DNA of 62,992 nucleotides from an uncultured Polyangiaceae bacterium. GTDB lineage: Bacteria > Myxococcota_A > Polyangia > Polyangiales > Polyangiaceae. The stretch spans positions 14,903-77,894 of the forward strand of contig CAYUAW010000005.1 of the NCBI GenBank assembly GCA_964442485.1, read 5' to 3'. A program made the translations under genes and the position numbers. How positions within the stretch are numbered: the first letter of the stretch is position 1; each line of letters starts with the position of its first letter. Below are positions 18,360 to 26,952 of the stretch, one piece after another. The notes beneath the pieces are model-generated. The model was not told the DNA's origin and did not search any database. It saw nothing but the letters and a program-made list of their open reading frames with translations.

Positions 18360-19315
18360 CCGGAGCGACCCGCAAGATCGTCTCTGCGATGCTCCTGGGC
18401 GTGCTGCTCTACGGGGCCTACATCGCGTACACGGGCTTCAGCGCCATAGCGGAAAGCCTCGGCACCTTTCACTGGGTCGCGTTCTTCCTCGCGGTGTGTC
18501 TCGCGACGCTCAACTACCTCCTGCGGTTCCTGCGCTGGGAGATCTACCTCGGCATCCTCGGCATCAAGATCCCGAAGGTGGACAGCTTGCTCGCCTTCCT
18601 GTCGGGATTCGTCTTGACGGTCACGCCAGGCAAGGTGGGCGAGGTCTTCAAGAGCGCGATCCTGTCGCAGACTCACGGCATCCCGATCGCGCGCACCGCA
18701 CCGATCGTGATCGCCGAGCGGCTGTCGGATCTCATCGGAGTGGTCCTCCTCATCGTGCTCGGGAGCGCGGGGTTTGCCTCGGGCCTCCCGTGGGCCATCG
18801 CCGGGACCGTGGTCGTCCTCGTCGGCCTCGCGCTCATCGTATGGGAGAAACCTCTCGAGCTAGCCCTCGGCTTCGTCCAGCGTCACCCGCGCTTCGGCCG
18901 CTTCGAGCCGAAGCTCAGGGAAGCGGTGACGAGCCTGCGCTTGTTGTGCCGGCCGAGCACGCTCGGGCCGCCGCTGGTGCTCTCGGTGCTTGCCTGGGCG
19001 AGCGAGGGTGTCGCGCTGTGGGTGCTACTCAAGGGCTTCGGCGCGCCCGCGCCGCTCGTGCTGTCAGTGTTCTTCTACGAGACGGCGTCGCTCGCGGGCG
19101 CGCTCATCCCCGTCCCCGGCGGCCTCGGCGTCGTCGAGACCATGCTGCGCGAGCAGCTGGTAATGCTCGGCGGAATCGCCACGGCGACCGCAACGGCGAG
19201 CATGATCCTGGTCCGCTTTGCGACCCTGTGGTGGGCAGTGCTCGTCGGTTTCATCGCGCTCGGAATCCTCAGGCGACGGCATGCGGTGCTCGGAGCCGCG
19301 CCGGTCACCCCCTGA
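18356..19315 (+). CDS. flippase-like membrane protein (lysylphosphatidylglycerol-synthase TM-region / UPF0104 family)
   Basis: ORF 18272..19315 trimmed to the ATG at 18356. Multiple TM spans and the typical motifs NYLLRFLRWEIYLG and TPGKVGEVFKS. Confidence 0.7.
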   Translation: MTGATRKIVSAMLLGVLLYGAYIAYTGFSAIAESLGTFHWVAFFLAVCLATLNYLLRFLRWEIYLGILGIKIPKVDSLLAFLSGFVLTVTPGKVGEVFKSAILSQTHGIPIARTAPIVIAERLSDLIGVVLLIVLGSAGFASGLPWAIAGTVVVLVGLALIVWEKPLELALGFVQRHPRFGRFEPKLREAVTSLRLLCRPSTLGPPLVLSVLAWASEGVALWVLLKGFGAPAPLVLSVFFYETASLAGALIPVPGGLGVVETMLREQLVMLGGIATATATASMILVRFATLWWAVLVGFIALGILRRRHAVLGAAPVTP

Positions 19316-19321
19316 GCCTTT

Positions 19322-20269
19322 TCACGCGCCCCGCAGCCGTGCGAGCGCTTGCGCCATGTCGGCGGGCAACGGGGACTCGAAGCGGACTTGCTGGCCGCTC
19401 ACGGGATGCGTGAACCCGAGCACTGCGGCGTGAAGCGCTTGCCGTCCGAGCTCTGCCGCGACCCTGGCGAGGCGTGGATCCGAGGGCACGCGGCCGTACA
19501 CCTTGTCGGCGAGGATCGGCGTGTTCGCTCGCTCGGAGAGGTGAACGCGTATCTGGTGCGTGCGCCCCGTCTCGAGCCGGCACGAGACGAGCGCCGCAGC
19601 GCCGGAAGCGAGCACCTCGTCCACGGCGACGTGCGTCACGGCGTGGCGCCCTCGGTCCGTCTTGCTCGTGAACCTTCGTCGCGCGGAGGGATGTCGCGCG
19701 TGAAGTGACTCGATGCGACCGGAGGCCGGCACTCCGACGGTGAGCGCGCGATAGACGCGCTCCACGGAGTGCGCCGAGAGCTGCGCCTTCAGACCTTCCC
19801 GGGCGCGCTCGCTCTTCGCAACGACGAGCACGCCGCTGGTGTTCTTGTCGATCCGGTGAACGATGCCCGGCCGCAGGTGCCCCATGGGATCGCGCTCGTC
19901 GAACACCGTGCGCTCGAAGCCACCGTGCGCGAGCAACCCGGCGACCAGCGTGCGCTCCCAGTTGCCGCGCCCCGGGTGCACGACGACGCCAGCCGGTTTG
20001 TCGACCACGATGAGCTCAGGGTCCTCGTACAGCACTTCGAAGGGCACCGTCGCATCGGGCTCGACGTCGGAAGGGGGCGGCGCTCCCGGCTCCACGTCGA
20101 CGACGTCGCCCGCCCGCACCTCGTCCCGCGGCCGGCAGACCGCGCCGTCGACACGCACCCTCCCCTCGTCGATCCAGCGCTGCACCGTCGCGCGCGACTC
20201 GTGAAGGAGCGGCGGCAGAACCTTGTCGACGCGCGCAGGCCGCTGGCCTTCGGGTACGAGGAGTTTCAT
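19322..20269 (-). CDS. rluD: RluA-family 23S rRNA pseudouridine synthase with S4 domain
   Basis: S4-like RVDKVL...RATVQRWIDEGRVRVDG. Catalytic HRIDKNTSGVLVVAK. THQIRVH. The start is uncertain (ATG at 20269, 20284 or 20311). Confidence 0.85.
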   Translation of the reverse strand: MKLLVPEGQRPARVDKVLPPLLHESRATVQRWIDEGRVRVDGAVCRPRDEVRAGDVVDVEPGAPPPSDVEPDATVPFEVLYEDPELIVVDKPAGVVVHPGRGNWERTLVAGLLAHGGFERTVFDERDPMGHLRPGIVHRIDKNTSGVLVVAKSERAREGLKAQLSAHSVERVYRALTVGVPASGRIESLHARHPSARRRFTSKTDRGRHAVTHVAVDEVLASGAAALVSCRLETGRTHQIRVHLSERANTPILADKVYGRVPSDPRLARVAAELGRQALHAAVLGFTHPVSGQQVRFESPLPADMAQALARLRGA

Positions 20270-20541
20270 GTTTCCGTGATCCATCGAGAAAGGTCTCGCG
20301 TCCTTCTCCATTTGAGAACAGTCTGCGCCGGCTCCGCCGGTGTGTCTCACTCACCTCTCAGTGGTGGATCGTGATCTGTTCTTCCCAGACCGCCATGTCG
20401 TGGCGGCCCGCGGGCCCTGCCCGCGGGCTGGTGTCCGGCTGCGTCTTGTCGCGACCGGAGGTCGCCTCACCAGGGACGGCACGCACGGCTCCCCAGAGAT
20501 CTACACCCGCGCGAACGCTGGCCGCTGCCAGACCTGCCCCG

Positions 20542-20805
20542 CTACCAGAGCTTGCTCTTTATGTGGGCCTTCGACCGGATGAGGATGTCGACGAGCGCGC
20601 GATCGTAGAAGTTCCTCTGGTAGAGCTGGGGAGCCACGCGGCTCTTGTAGAGCGCCCTGCCCTCCTCGATCTCCTCGGTGAGCTCCTGGAACAGGTTGTC
20701 GTGCTCGATGCCACGGACGATCTTCTCTTCGTTGTAGAGCGACAGATCGCTCGCGATGGCCCTCGCGAGGCGGCGCGCCGCCTCCTCCGTCTCGATCAAT
20801 GGCAT
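20542..20805 (-). CDS. hypothetical small charged protein (87 aa)
   Basis: MPLIETEEAARRLARAIASDLSLYNEEKIV... in a GC3-rich frame. Lies 4 nt downstream of the GT-C gene on the same strand. No motif recognised. Confidence 0.55.
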   Translation of the reverse strand: MPLIETEEAARRLARAIASDLSLYNEEKIVRGIEHDNLFQELTEEIEEGRALYKSRVAPQLYQRNFYDRALVDILIRSKAHIKSKLW

Positions 20806-20809
20806 TCGA

Positions 20810-22219
20810 CTACGGCTCCTTGCCCGGATTATCCACCACCTCTTCTTCCCCTGTCAAAGCGGTTCCCGCGAGCGCCGCAAGCACGGGGAAGCAGACCAGC
20901 GAGTAGCGGCCGGCACCGAAGAACATCGCATGCGTAAGTGCCGTCGAAAGGACGGTGCTTGCGGCGAGAGCCGCGGCGGGACGTTGGACTAGCTTTCGAC
21001 CGAGGCAGGCGGCTGCGATGACGAGACCCATGTGGGCGATCCACGCCGATCGCACCACGAGCCAGGCGGATGACGCTCCGGCGACGATGCGGCGCGCTCG
21101 TGGGCGCGGACCCGGGGTGCGAGCGACAGCGACCAGCGCCGCGAGCACTATCAGGCGCTCCCAGATCGTCTCCAGGACGCCGAGCACGAGCTTCGCGCGA
21201 TCGCCGAACTCGGCTTCGTTCGACGAGTGGAGATAAAAACCGGCCGCGCCGGCGTAGTCGAAGGTGACGGCGAGCTTCCTTGGGACGAGCGAGAGGAAGC
21301 GGAGCGGCGCTTGCCGGATGGCGACGAGCCCCGCGTGCAGAAAGCAGGCGTCCTTCGCCGCCTCGTCCCACACGGCCCGACACTCGAGCGGAACTCCGAG
21401 CACCTCGAGCGGCACCCATGCCCCGGTCGCACCGGAGGCGGCACCGATGAACAGATTCCAGCCGGCATTCACGCTGACGAACGAGCAGGAGTGCATGCGC
21501 TCGCAGTTACGCAGCGTCCACGGTGTGCAGACAGCGACGGTACCACAGGTGACTGCGACTGCCGCTAGCGTTCGCAGCCACTGCGAGCCCACTCTGAACG
21601 CGACCGCACCGAACGCCGGCGCGAGCAGGAGCGATTGCGGGCGCACCAGCGTGGCAGCGCCGAGCACGAGCGCGAGGGCGGTGAGCGCACCCCACCGCAC
21701 GGTTTTCTCTGCGCTGGCTCGCACCGCGAGCCATGCAGCGACCGCCACGAGCGACGCGGTGACTCCTTCCGTCATCAAGGCCGGCGTGTAGAAGACGAGG
21801 CCCGGGTGCAACGCGAACGCGAGCGCGGCGGCGGCTGCGCCGACGCGCGTCGCCGAGGCGGCGGCGACGCGGTGCACCGCGAACGCGGCCAGAGCGCCGA
21901 GCAACGCGTTGACGGCCATCGCAACGAACGGGTGCTCGCCGAAGAGCGCATATGCGGCTCCGATCAGCGCCGGATAGCCGACCGGATAGTGTGCCGCGAA
22001 GGTGACCACGCCATCCGGCCACTTCCACGTGTACCCGAGCCCGTGCGCGAGCCTGCCTGCAAGGATGTGATAGAAGCGCCCGTCTTCTGCAGGCGGAAAC
22101 CGGGAGCTTGCCCAGACGACAGCGACGACGCGCACGACGAGCGCGACCGCCCCTGCCGCGACGCCATCCGCCAGCCGTGGCTCGTCAGGACGACCGCGCG
22201 GCCCGACGCGCGCTGTCAT
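20810..22219 (-). CDS. GT-C fold glycosyltransferase (family 39/83, ArnT/PMT-like)
   Basis: ORF 20810..22282 trimmed to the ATG at 22219 (ATGA overlap with the maf stop). More than 10 hydrophobic spans. First-loop acidic motif PPAEDGRFYHILAGRLAHGLGY. Confidence 0.7.
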   Translation of the reverse strand: MTARVGPRGRPDEPRLADGVAAGAVALVVRVVAVVWASSRFPPAEDGRFYHILAGRLAHGLGYTWKWPDGVVTFAAHYPVGYPALIGAAYALFGEHPFVAMAVNALLGALAAFAVHRVAAASATRVGAAAAALAFALHPGLVFYTPALMTEGVTASLVAVAAWLAVRASAEKTVRWGALTALALVLGAATLVRPQSLLLAPAFGAVAFRVGSQWLRTLAAVAVTCGTVAVCTPWTLRNCERMHSCSFVSVNAGWNLFIGAASGATGAWVPLEVLGVPLECRAVWDEAAKDACFLHAGLVAIRQAPLRFLSLVPRKLAVTFDYAGAAGFYLHSSNEAEFGDRAKLVLGVLETIWERLIVLAALVAVARTPGPRPRARRIVAGASSAWLVVRSAWIAHMGLVIAAACLGRKLVQRPAAALAASTVLSTALTHAMFFGAGRYSLVCFPVLAALAGTALTGEEEVVDNPGKEP

Positions 22220-22842
22220 CCGGGAGCTCGCGGGAATTCGAAGAGCAGGCCAAGCTCCATCAGATCGCGCGCGACCTCGCACGCCGGCAGGCCGACGACG
22301 TTCGAGAACGAACCGTCGATTCGCTCGACGAGGAACGCTCCGATACCTTGCGCAGCGTAGGCGCCAGCCTTGTCGAGCCCCTCGCCCGTCGCGGCGTAGC
22401 GCGCGACGAGGTCGGGGCCCGCGGCGCGCATGGTCACCCGCGATTCGACCGTGCGCTCGACCCGGTGCCCGTCGAAAGCGCCGCCCAGCAGGAGCGCGTA
22501 ACGGGTCTGTACCAGGTGCGTCCTTCCGACGATTCGCGTCAAGAGGGCGACCGCGTCGCGCCCGTCCCGGGGCTTGCCCAGGATCTCCCCGTCGACCACG
22601 ACGATGGTGTCGGCGACGACGACGGCTGGCACGTCCACCGGCCGTGACAGCTTGGCCACGGCTGCCCGCAGCTTGTCGCCCACGACGCGCAACAAGTACG
22701 CGTCGGTAGGCTCCGCGCCCCGGGGCGTCTCGTCGACACTGCCGACCACGACGGCGATGGGTACGCCGAGTGCCGTCAGGATCTCGCGCCGCCGCGGCGA
22801 GCCCGAACCGAGGACGAGGGGGTGTTCGTCGGAAATGAGCAT
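22216..22842 (-). CDS. maf: Maf-like nucleoside triphosphate pyrophosphatase
   Basis: ORF 22216..22953 trimmed to the ATG at 22842. LVLGSGSPRRREIL, ADTIVVVDGEILGKP and AGAYAAQG. Confidence 0.85.
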   Translation of the reverse strand: MLISDEHPLVLGSGSPRRREILTALGVPIAVVVGSVDETPRGAEPTDAYLLRVVGDKLRAAVAKLSRPVDVPAVVVADTIVVVDGEILGKPRDGRDAVALLTRIVGRTHLVQTRYALLLGGAFDGHRVERTVESRVTMRAAGPDLVARYAATGEGLDKAGAYAAQGIGAFLVERIDGSFSNVVGLPACEVARDLMELGLLFEFPRAPG

Positions 22843-22941
22843 ACGGGGAGCCCGCGAGGTGTGGCCTGGGCCAGCCGCGCCGGCAAGGTCGTTTTCGTGC
22901 GCACCACGTCGCGGAAAGACGCTGTAAGGTGCGCCCGGCTC

Positions 22942-24009
22942 ATGTCGCAGCACCCGCGCCCCGCGGTCTCGCTCCTTTTCGCCTGCGCGCTCGCGACGGT
23001 GGCCGCCCGCGACGCTCGCGCCCAGGGTTGTTCTCCGAGCACGGCAGAATCCACCTGCTTCGATGCCGATACGCTGGCCGTGCCGTTCGCTCCCGGCGAC
23101 TTCTTCGCCATCTCGCGCGCTCGTGCGATGGCTCCTGCTTCGTGGGCGGTCGGCGTCGACCTGACGGCGCTACACCGTCCAGTCGTCCTGCACGCGCCGT
23201 CCCCGGATCCGCACGGTCGTGACATCCCCGTCGTAGGGACGCTGCTCGACGCGGCGGTCGCCGTTGCCGGCTCACCCGCACGGCACCTCGAACTCGGCGC
23301 GGCGCTCCCCTTCTCGCTCTATCGCACGGGCACGGGCCTCAGCGGAGTCACCTCGCAGACGGGTCCGGAGCTGTCTGGACCTGCGCTTCGCGACGTACGA
23401 GTCGGCGCGGGGTACGATATCTTCCGCGTAAGACCGGGCGGCGGCACCGCCGTCACGAGCGGGCTCGTCCGTCTGGAGCTGTCCGTACCGACCGGCAAGA
23501 GCGGTTCGTTCGCGGGCGAACGCTCCGTGGTAGCGGAGCCGACGTTCGACCTCGACATCGAGGACGGTCGTTTCTTCGCTGCACTCGAGGAGCGAGTTCG
23601 CCTCCGCGAGCCTGTCACGTTCGGCGGTGATCGACTCGGCACACAATGGCTCTCGTCACTCGGCGTCGGCTACGACGCGCTCGAGCACGCGCTCCTCCGC
23701 GTCGCGCTCGAGGCCCACGTGGCGCCCTATCTGTCGACGCGCGCCCACACCCTTGCGGACGGCACCCGTGTGGACCCCGGCACCCTGGTGCCGGCAGAGT
23801 GGATGCTCTCCGTGAGAACGCGGTTCGACGCTTTCAGCCTCGGGCTCGGTGGCGGCACCGCCATTCCGCTTTCGAGCGAAACCAGGGTGGCGCCCGGCGG
23901 CACGCAAACGAAGGAGACGTTCGCACCCGTCACGACGCCGGAGTTTCGCTTCGCGCTGACACTCCGCTACGTGCTGCCAGGCGAATCCTCACGTCACCGA
24001 GCGCCGTGA
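22942..24009 (+). CDS. secreted protein, putative outer-membrane beta-barrel
   Basis: ORF 22822..24009 trimmed to the ATG at 22942. Signal peptide LLFACALATVAARDARAQG. Alternating beta-strand-like pattern near the C-terminus (EFRFALTLRYVL). Convergent with the OPX gene. Confidence 0.5.
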   Translation: MSQHPRPAVSLLFACALATVAARDARAQGCSPSTAESTCFDADTLAVPFAPGDFFAISRARAMAPASWAVGVDLTALHRPVVLHAPSPDPHGRDIPVVGTLLDAAVAVAGSPARHLELGAALPFSLYRTGTGLSGVTSQTGPELSGPALRDVRVGAGYDIFRVRPGGGTAVTSGLVRLELSVPTGKSGSFAGERSVVAEPTFDLDIEDGRFFAALEERVRLREPVTFGGDRLGTQWLSSLGVGYDALEHALLRVALEAHVAPYLSTRAHTLADGTRVDPGTLVPAEWMLSVRTRFDAFSLGLGGGTAIPLSSETRVAPGGTQTKETFAPVTTPEFRFALTLRYVLPGESSRHRAP

Positions 24010-24026
24010 CGACCCGACGCCGTCCA

Positions 24027-24632
24027 TCAGAAGATGCGTTCCTCGACGTAGATCTGGTCGCCAGCCTGGAGCAGGATGTCCGGCGAGCGCCCTTCCATGA
24101 TGGAATCGATGTTGAAGACCACCGTCTTCAACTTTCCGCCCTTCAGCTTCCGCGTCAGATTGACGTGGTCCTTCTTGCCGATGGAAGAGACACCACCCGC
24201 CATCGAGAGGGCCCTCACGAGCGTGAGACCGGGGCTGTAGGGGAAACTACCGATGTGGCCGACCTGACCGAGGATGAGGATGTTCCGGCTCGTGTACGAA
24301 CGAACGCGAACGAGCACGCTGGGATCGATCAGGATCTTCGCCTCGACCATCTTGTCGCGGATGAGATCCGAGATCTGTTGAGGGTCCAGGCCTTCCACCT
24401 TCACGCGGTGGATATAGGGGAGGTTTACATAGCCGTCCGGGCCGATCTGGTACTCGGTCGGCAGATTCTCGCCGATGATCTGGACCGTGAATACGTCTCC
24501 GGCCCCGACCGCCGCACTCTCCACCGGAGGGGGCAAGTGCACCCGGGAATTGTCGATGCGCGGTCCGCAAGCGCTCGCCGAGATCGCAAGGACGAGCAGA
24601 GGTGAGAGGAAGGCTCGAGAGAACCGCTGCAC
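24027..24632 (-). CDS. short outer-membrane polysaccharide export (OPX, Wza-like) lipoprotein
   Basis: Lipobox LVLAISASAC. Poly_export-type region GAGDVFTVQIIGENLPTEYQIGPDGYVNLPYIHRVKVEGL. SLBB-like region ILILGQVGHIGSFPYSPGLTLVRALSMAGG...LLQAGDQIYVEE. Only 201 aa, with no C-terminal amphipathic helix. Confidence 0.85.
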   Translation of the reverse strand: MQRFSRAFLSPLLVLAISASACGPRIDNSRVHLPPPVESAAVGAGDVFTVQIIGENLPTEYQIGPDGYVNLPYIHRVKVEGLDPQQISDLIRDKMVEAKILIDPSVLVRVRSYTSRNILILGQVGHIGSFPYSPGLTLVRALSMAGGVSSIGKKDHVNLTRKLKGGKLKTVVFNIDSIMEGRSPDILLQAGDQIYVEERIF

Positions 24633-24635
24633 GGA

Positions 24636-26051
24636 CTACAGGAACCAGCGCACACCCAGGTAGGCCTGGTAGCGGTTGAAATAGAGGTCGTCGCCGGTTG
24701 CCACCGGTCCTGGTGTCAGCTGATAAACCCGGTGCTCGAGCTCGCCGTCGTACCGGAACGTGGCGTTGATCCCGACGCTCGGGCTGATGCGGTACTCGAC
24801 GAACGCGGTGGCGTCGATGCGGTTCTCCTGCTCGCCGTTAGCTTGCGGGGTACCGTCACCGAAGACGGTCGGCGGGCGGGTGATATGGCTCAGCCCACCA
24901 GCGAGAGAGACAACGAAGCGCTCCGCGAAGAAGTACGCCGTGTTCAGGTAGCCGCGGTCGCGCTGGTAATACGAGCCGAGATAGCTGGTCGTGGTGTTGC
25001 GCGTGTAGCCGAGCGCGACCGACGAGAGCCCCGCGGGCTTCACGCCGCCCCCCGGAGTCTGCGACTGAGGATTCGGATACCAGGTGATCTGGGCCTGCCC
25101 GATGACGCTGTCGAAGTTCTGCGAGGTCCCGACGCCCGGGGTGTAGAACGTGCTCGCCCAGCCAATCATGCCGAGCACACCGAAGTAGTTCGACACGAGG
25201 CCGTTGAGCCCGATCGAGCTGTCCATCGACTCGCCGCCACCCAGGCTCCCCGGAGGGCGCGACGCCGTGTAGTCGACCCAGCTGATATTGCCGCGATAGA
25301 GGATTGCCGTACGCGGCAGGAACTTCCACGAGCCGGCGAGCTGCAGTGTGTGATGCACGTTGTCGAATGACGTGAACGCACGATTCTCGAACAGTGTGGC
25401 GTTCGCCTGGTAGCCCACGCGCCAGCTGAAGAGGCCGCCACCGGGACGCCACGTCACGCCAGCACCCCCGCGGATGTTGTCGCGCTTGAAGGCGTTCGAC
25501 GTATCGGGATCGTTCGACGCCTCGATCATGCGGTTGTAGTCGACGCCGATGTCGCCACCCCAGGTGCGTCCGGGAAAGATGTTCGCACCGACGCCCGCCC
25601 CAATGCCGACGTCGTCCTGATTCGACACCTGGCTCGAGTGGCTGCTATCCGCCGCGAAGAGCGCGCTATAGCTCGCCGCCGCATGCGCGCTGAGCGTCAA
25701 CGGCGGCAGGCCGCCGCCGCCTTCCTGAGCGGCGCGTGCCCCGCGCGAGACCAGGGAGAAGGACGGCGTGATCCGCAGCTTGTACGCGTCGATGACGGGC
25801 TCGGAGACGGTGACGTTGTTGGCCTGGCTCGGCGCCAGCGCCGTCTGTCGTCCGTTGTCTCCTGAGGCCTGAAAATAGTTCGAGTCGTACCCGCCCTCGA
25901 CCGCGATGCCGGGATGGAGCTCGAAGTTACCCGTCTTGATGCCCCTTCCCTCCGTCAGGCGTGGGTCGGAGAGGAAGGCCTGCGCGTATGTGGTGGGGGC
26001 GTGGCTGGCGTAGGCGAGTGCCACGGCCGCAATGAGGAAGCGAGGCTTCAT
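24636..26051 (-). CDS. outer-membrane beta-barrel protein adjacent to the OPX gene
   Basis: Signal peptide MKPRFLIAAVALAYASHAPTTYAQA. G/Y/N/S/T-rich sequence with alternating pattern throughout. C-terminal YLGVRWFL. 3-nt gap to the OPX gene. Confidence 0.7.
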   Translation of the reverse strand: MKPRFLIAAVALAYASHAPTTYAQAFLSDPRLTEGRGIKTGNFELHPGIAVEGGYDSNYFQASGDNGRQTALAPSQANNVTVSEPVIDAYKLRITPSFSLVSRGARAAQEGGGGLPPLTLSAHAAASYSALFAADSSHSSQVSNQDDVGIGAGVGANIFPGRTWGGDIGVDYNRMIEASNDPDTSNAFKRDNIRGGAGVTWRPGGGLFSWRVGYQANATLFENRAFTSFDNVHHTLQLAGSWKFLPRTAILYRGNISWVDYTASRPPGSLGGGESMDSSIGLNGLVSNYFGVLGMIGWASTFYTPGVGTSQNFDSVIGQAQITWYPNPQSQTPGGGVKPAGLSSVALGYTRNTTTSYLGSYYQRDRGYLNTAYFFAERFVVSLAGGLSHITRPPTVFGDGTPQANGEQENRIDATAFVEYRISPSVGINATFRYDGELEHRVYQLTPGPVATGDDLYFNRYQAYLGVRWFL

Positions 26052-26102
26052 CGTGAGCTAGTCCTTCCAGTGCCTGTAAGCTCTAAGGAGTGCCGTCCGC
26101 GC

Positions 26103-26702
26103 TCAGAGCACGGGGCTGGCGAGCACTGGAGGCTCACTGATGATTTCGGGATCGTCGCCGAGTTGATCCGTGTTGTTGTCCGGGATGTTCGGATCGACGG
26201 TGAGTGACACTTGCGATTCGCCGATGAACCCGGCTTCCTCACCGATGCACTGGTTCGCTTCCTTGACGAGCTGATCGACGCGGTCCTTCAGGACCTGCAG
26301 GATCATGAACTCGTGCCGGGCTCGGTCCTTGTCGTGACCGGTGACCGCAGCCTGAAGAGTGCTCGCCCGATCCTTGCCGGAGCGCGTCGCGACGTCGATC
26401 TGATTCAGCTTGTCGTTCAGGCAGAGCGTCTTCACCACGTCGCGGGCGGCACGCGCTTGCTCGAGGGCGGCGCGCACCGTCGCGATGCTTGCGTCCATGC
26501 GCGCGACGTACCCCTTCGCAAGGGCGAGCTGCTGCTCGGGAGGCAAATCCACTTCACGAGGTGCTTCGATCGCCGCAGCGGGGGCGCCGAAGATGCTGGC
26601 CTTCGGACTGAGAACACCCCCCGTACGCGCTGCGGCAACGCTGAAGACGCCTAGCGTCATGGCGCCGGCGACGAGCAGCCCAGTCATCTTGATCAAGCGC
26701 AT
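26103..26702 (-). CDS. secreted helical protein (199 aa), cluster-associated
   Basis: Signal peptide MTGLLVAGAMTLGVFSVAAA. Predicted helical core (ATVRAALEQARAARDVVKTLCLNDKLNQ...) with two Cys. Acidic C-terminal tail. Confidence 0.6.
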   Translation of the reverse strand: MRLIKMTGLLVAGAMTLGVFSVAAARTGGVLSPKASIFGAPAAAIEAPREVDLPPEQQLALAKGYVARMDASIATVRAALEQARAARDVVKTLCLNDKLNQIDVATRSGKDRASTLQAAVTGHDKDRARHEFMILQVLKDRVDQLVKEANQCIGEEAGFIGESQVSLTVDPNIPDNNTDQLGDDPEIISEPPVLASPVL

Positions 26703-26952
26703 CGGAAGAAGCCTCCCTCGGCAAAGTCGCGACGAAGTCGGCCCGAGTATAGGAGAGCCCGATCTTTCGTGTCAACGCGGCCAGCTCGACGAAAAGCCGT
26801 TTGGTTTCTCAGCCATACGTCGGGCGCAGGGCGGGCGCGCATTGACGTTCCGATGCACCGCGGCGCCCCGAAATTCACAGACCCGACATCCCGGGTAGCC
26901 GGGTCTCCGGAATGTGCGACCCTGTCGGACCTACGCCGCACCGCTCCGATGG

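Noticed and set aside
22942-24009. Putative OMP considered as a twelfth member of the Glt-like operon
   Set aside because: It is on the opposite strand and convergent with the OPX gene (17-nt gap between stops). It cannot be co-transcribed, and functional linkage is unsupported.
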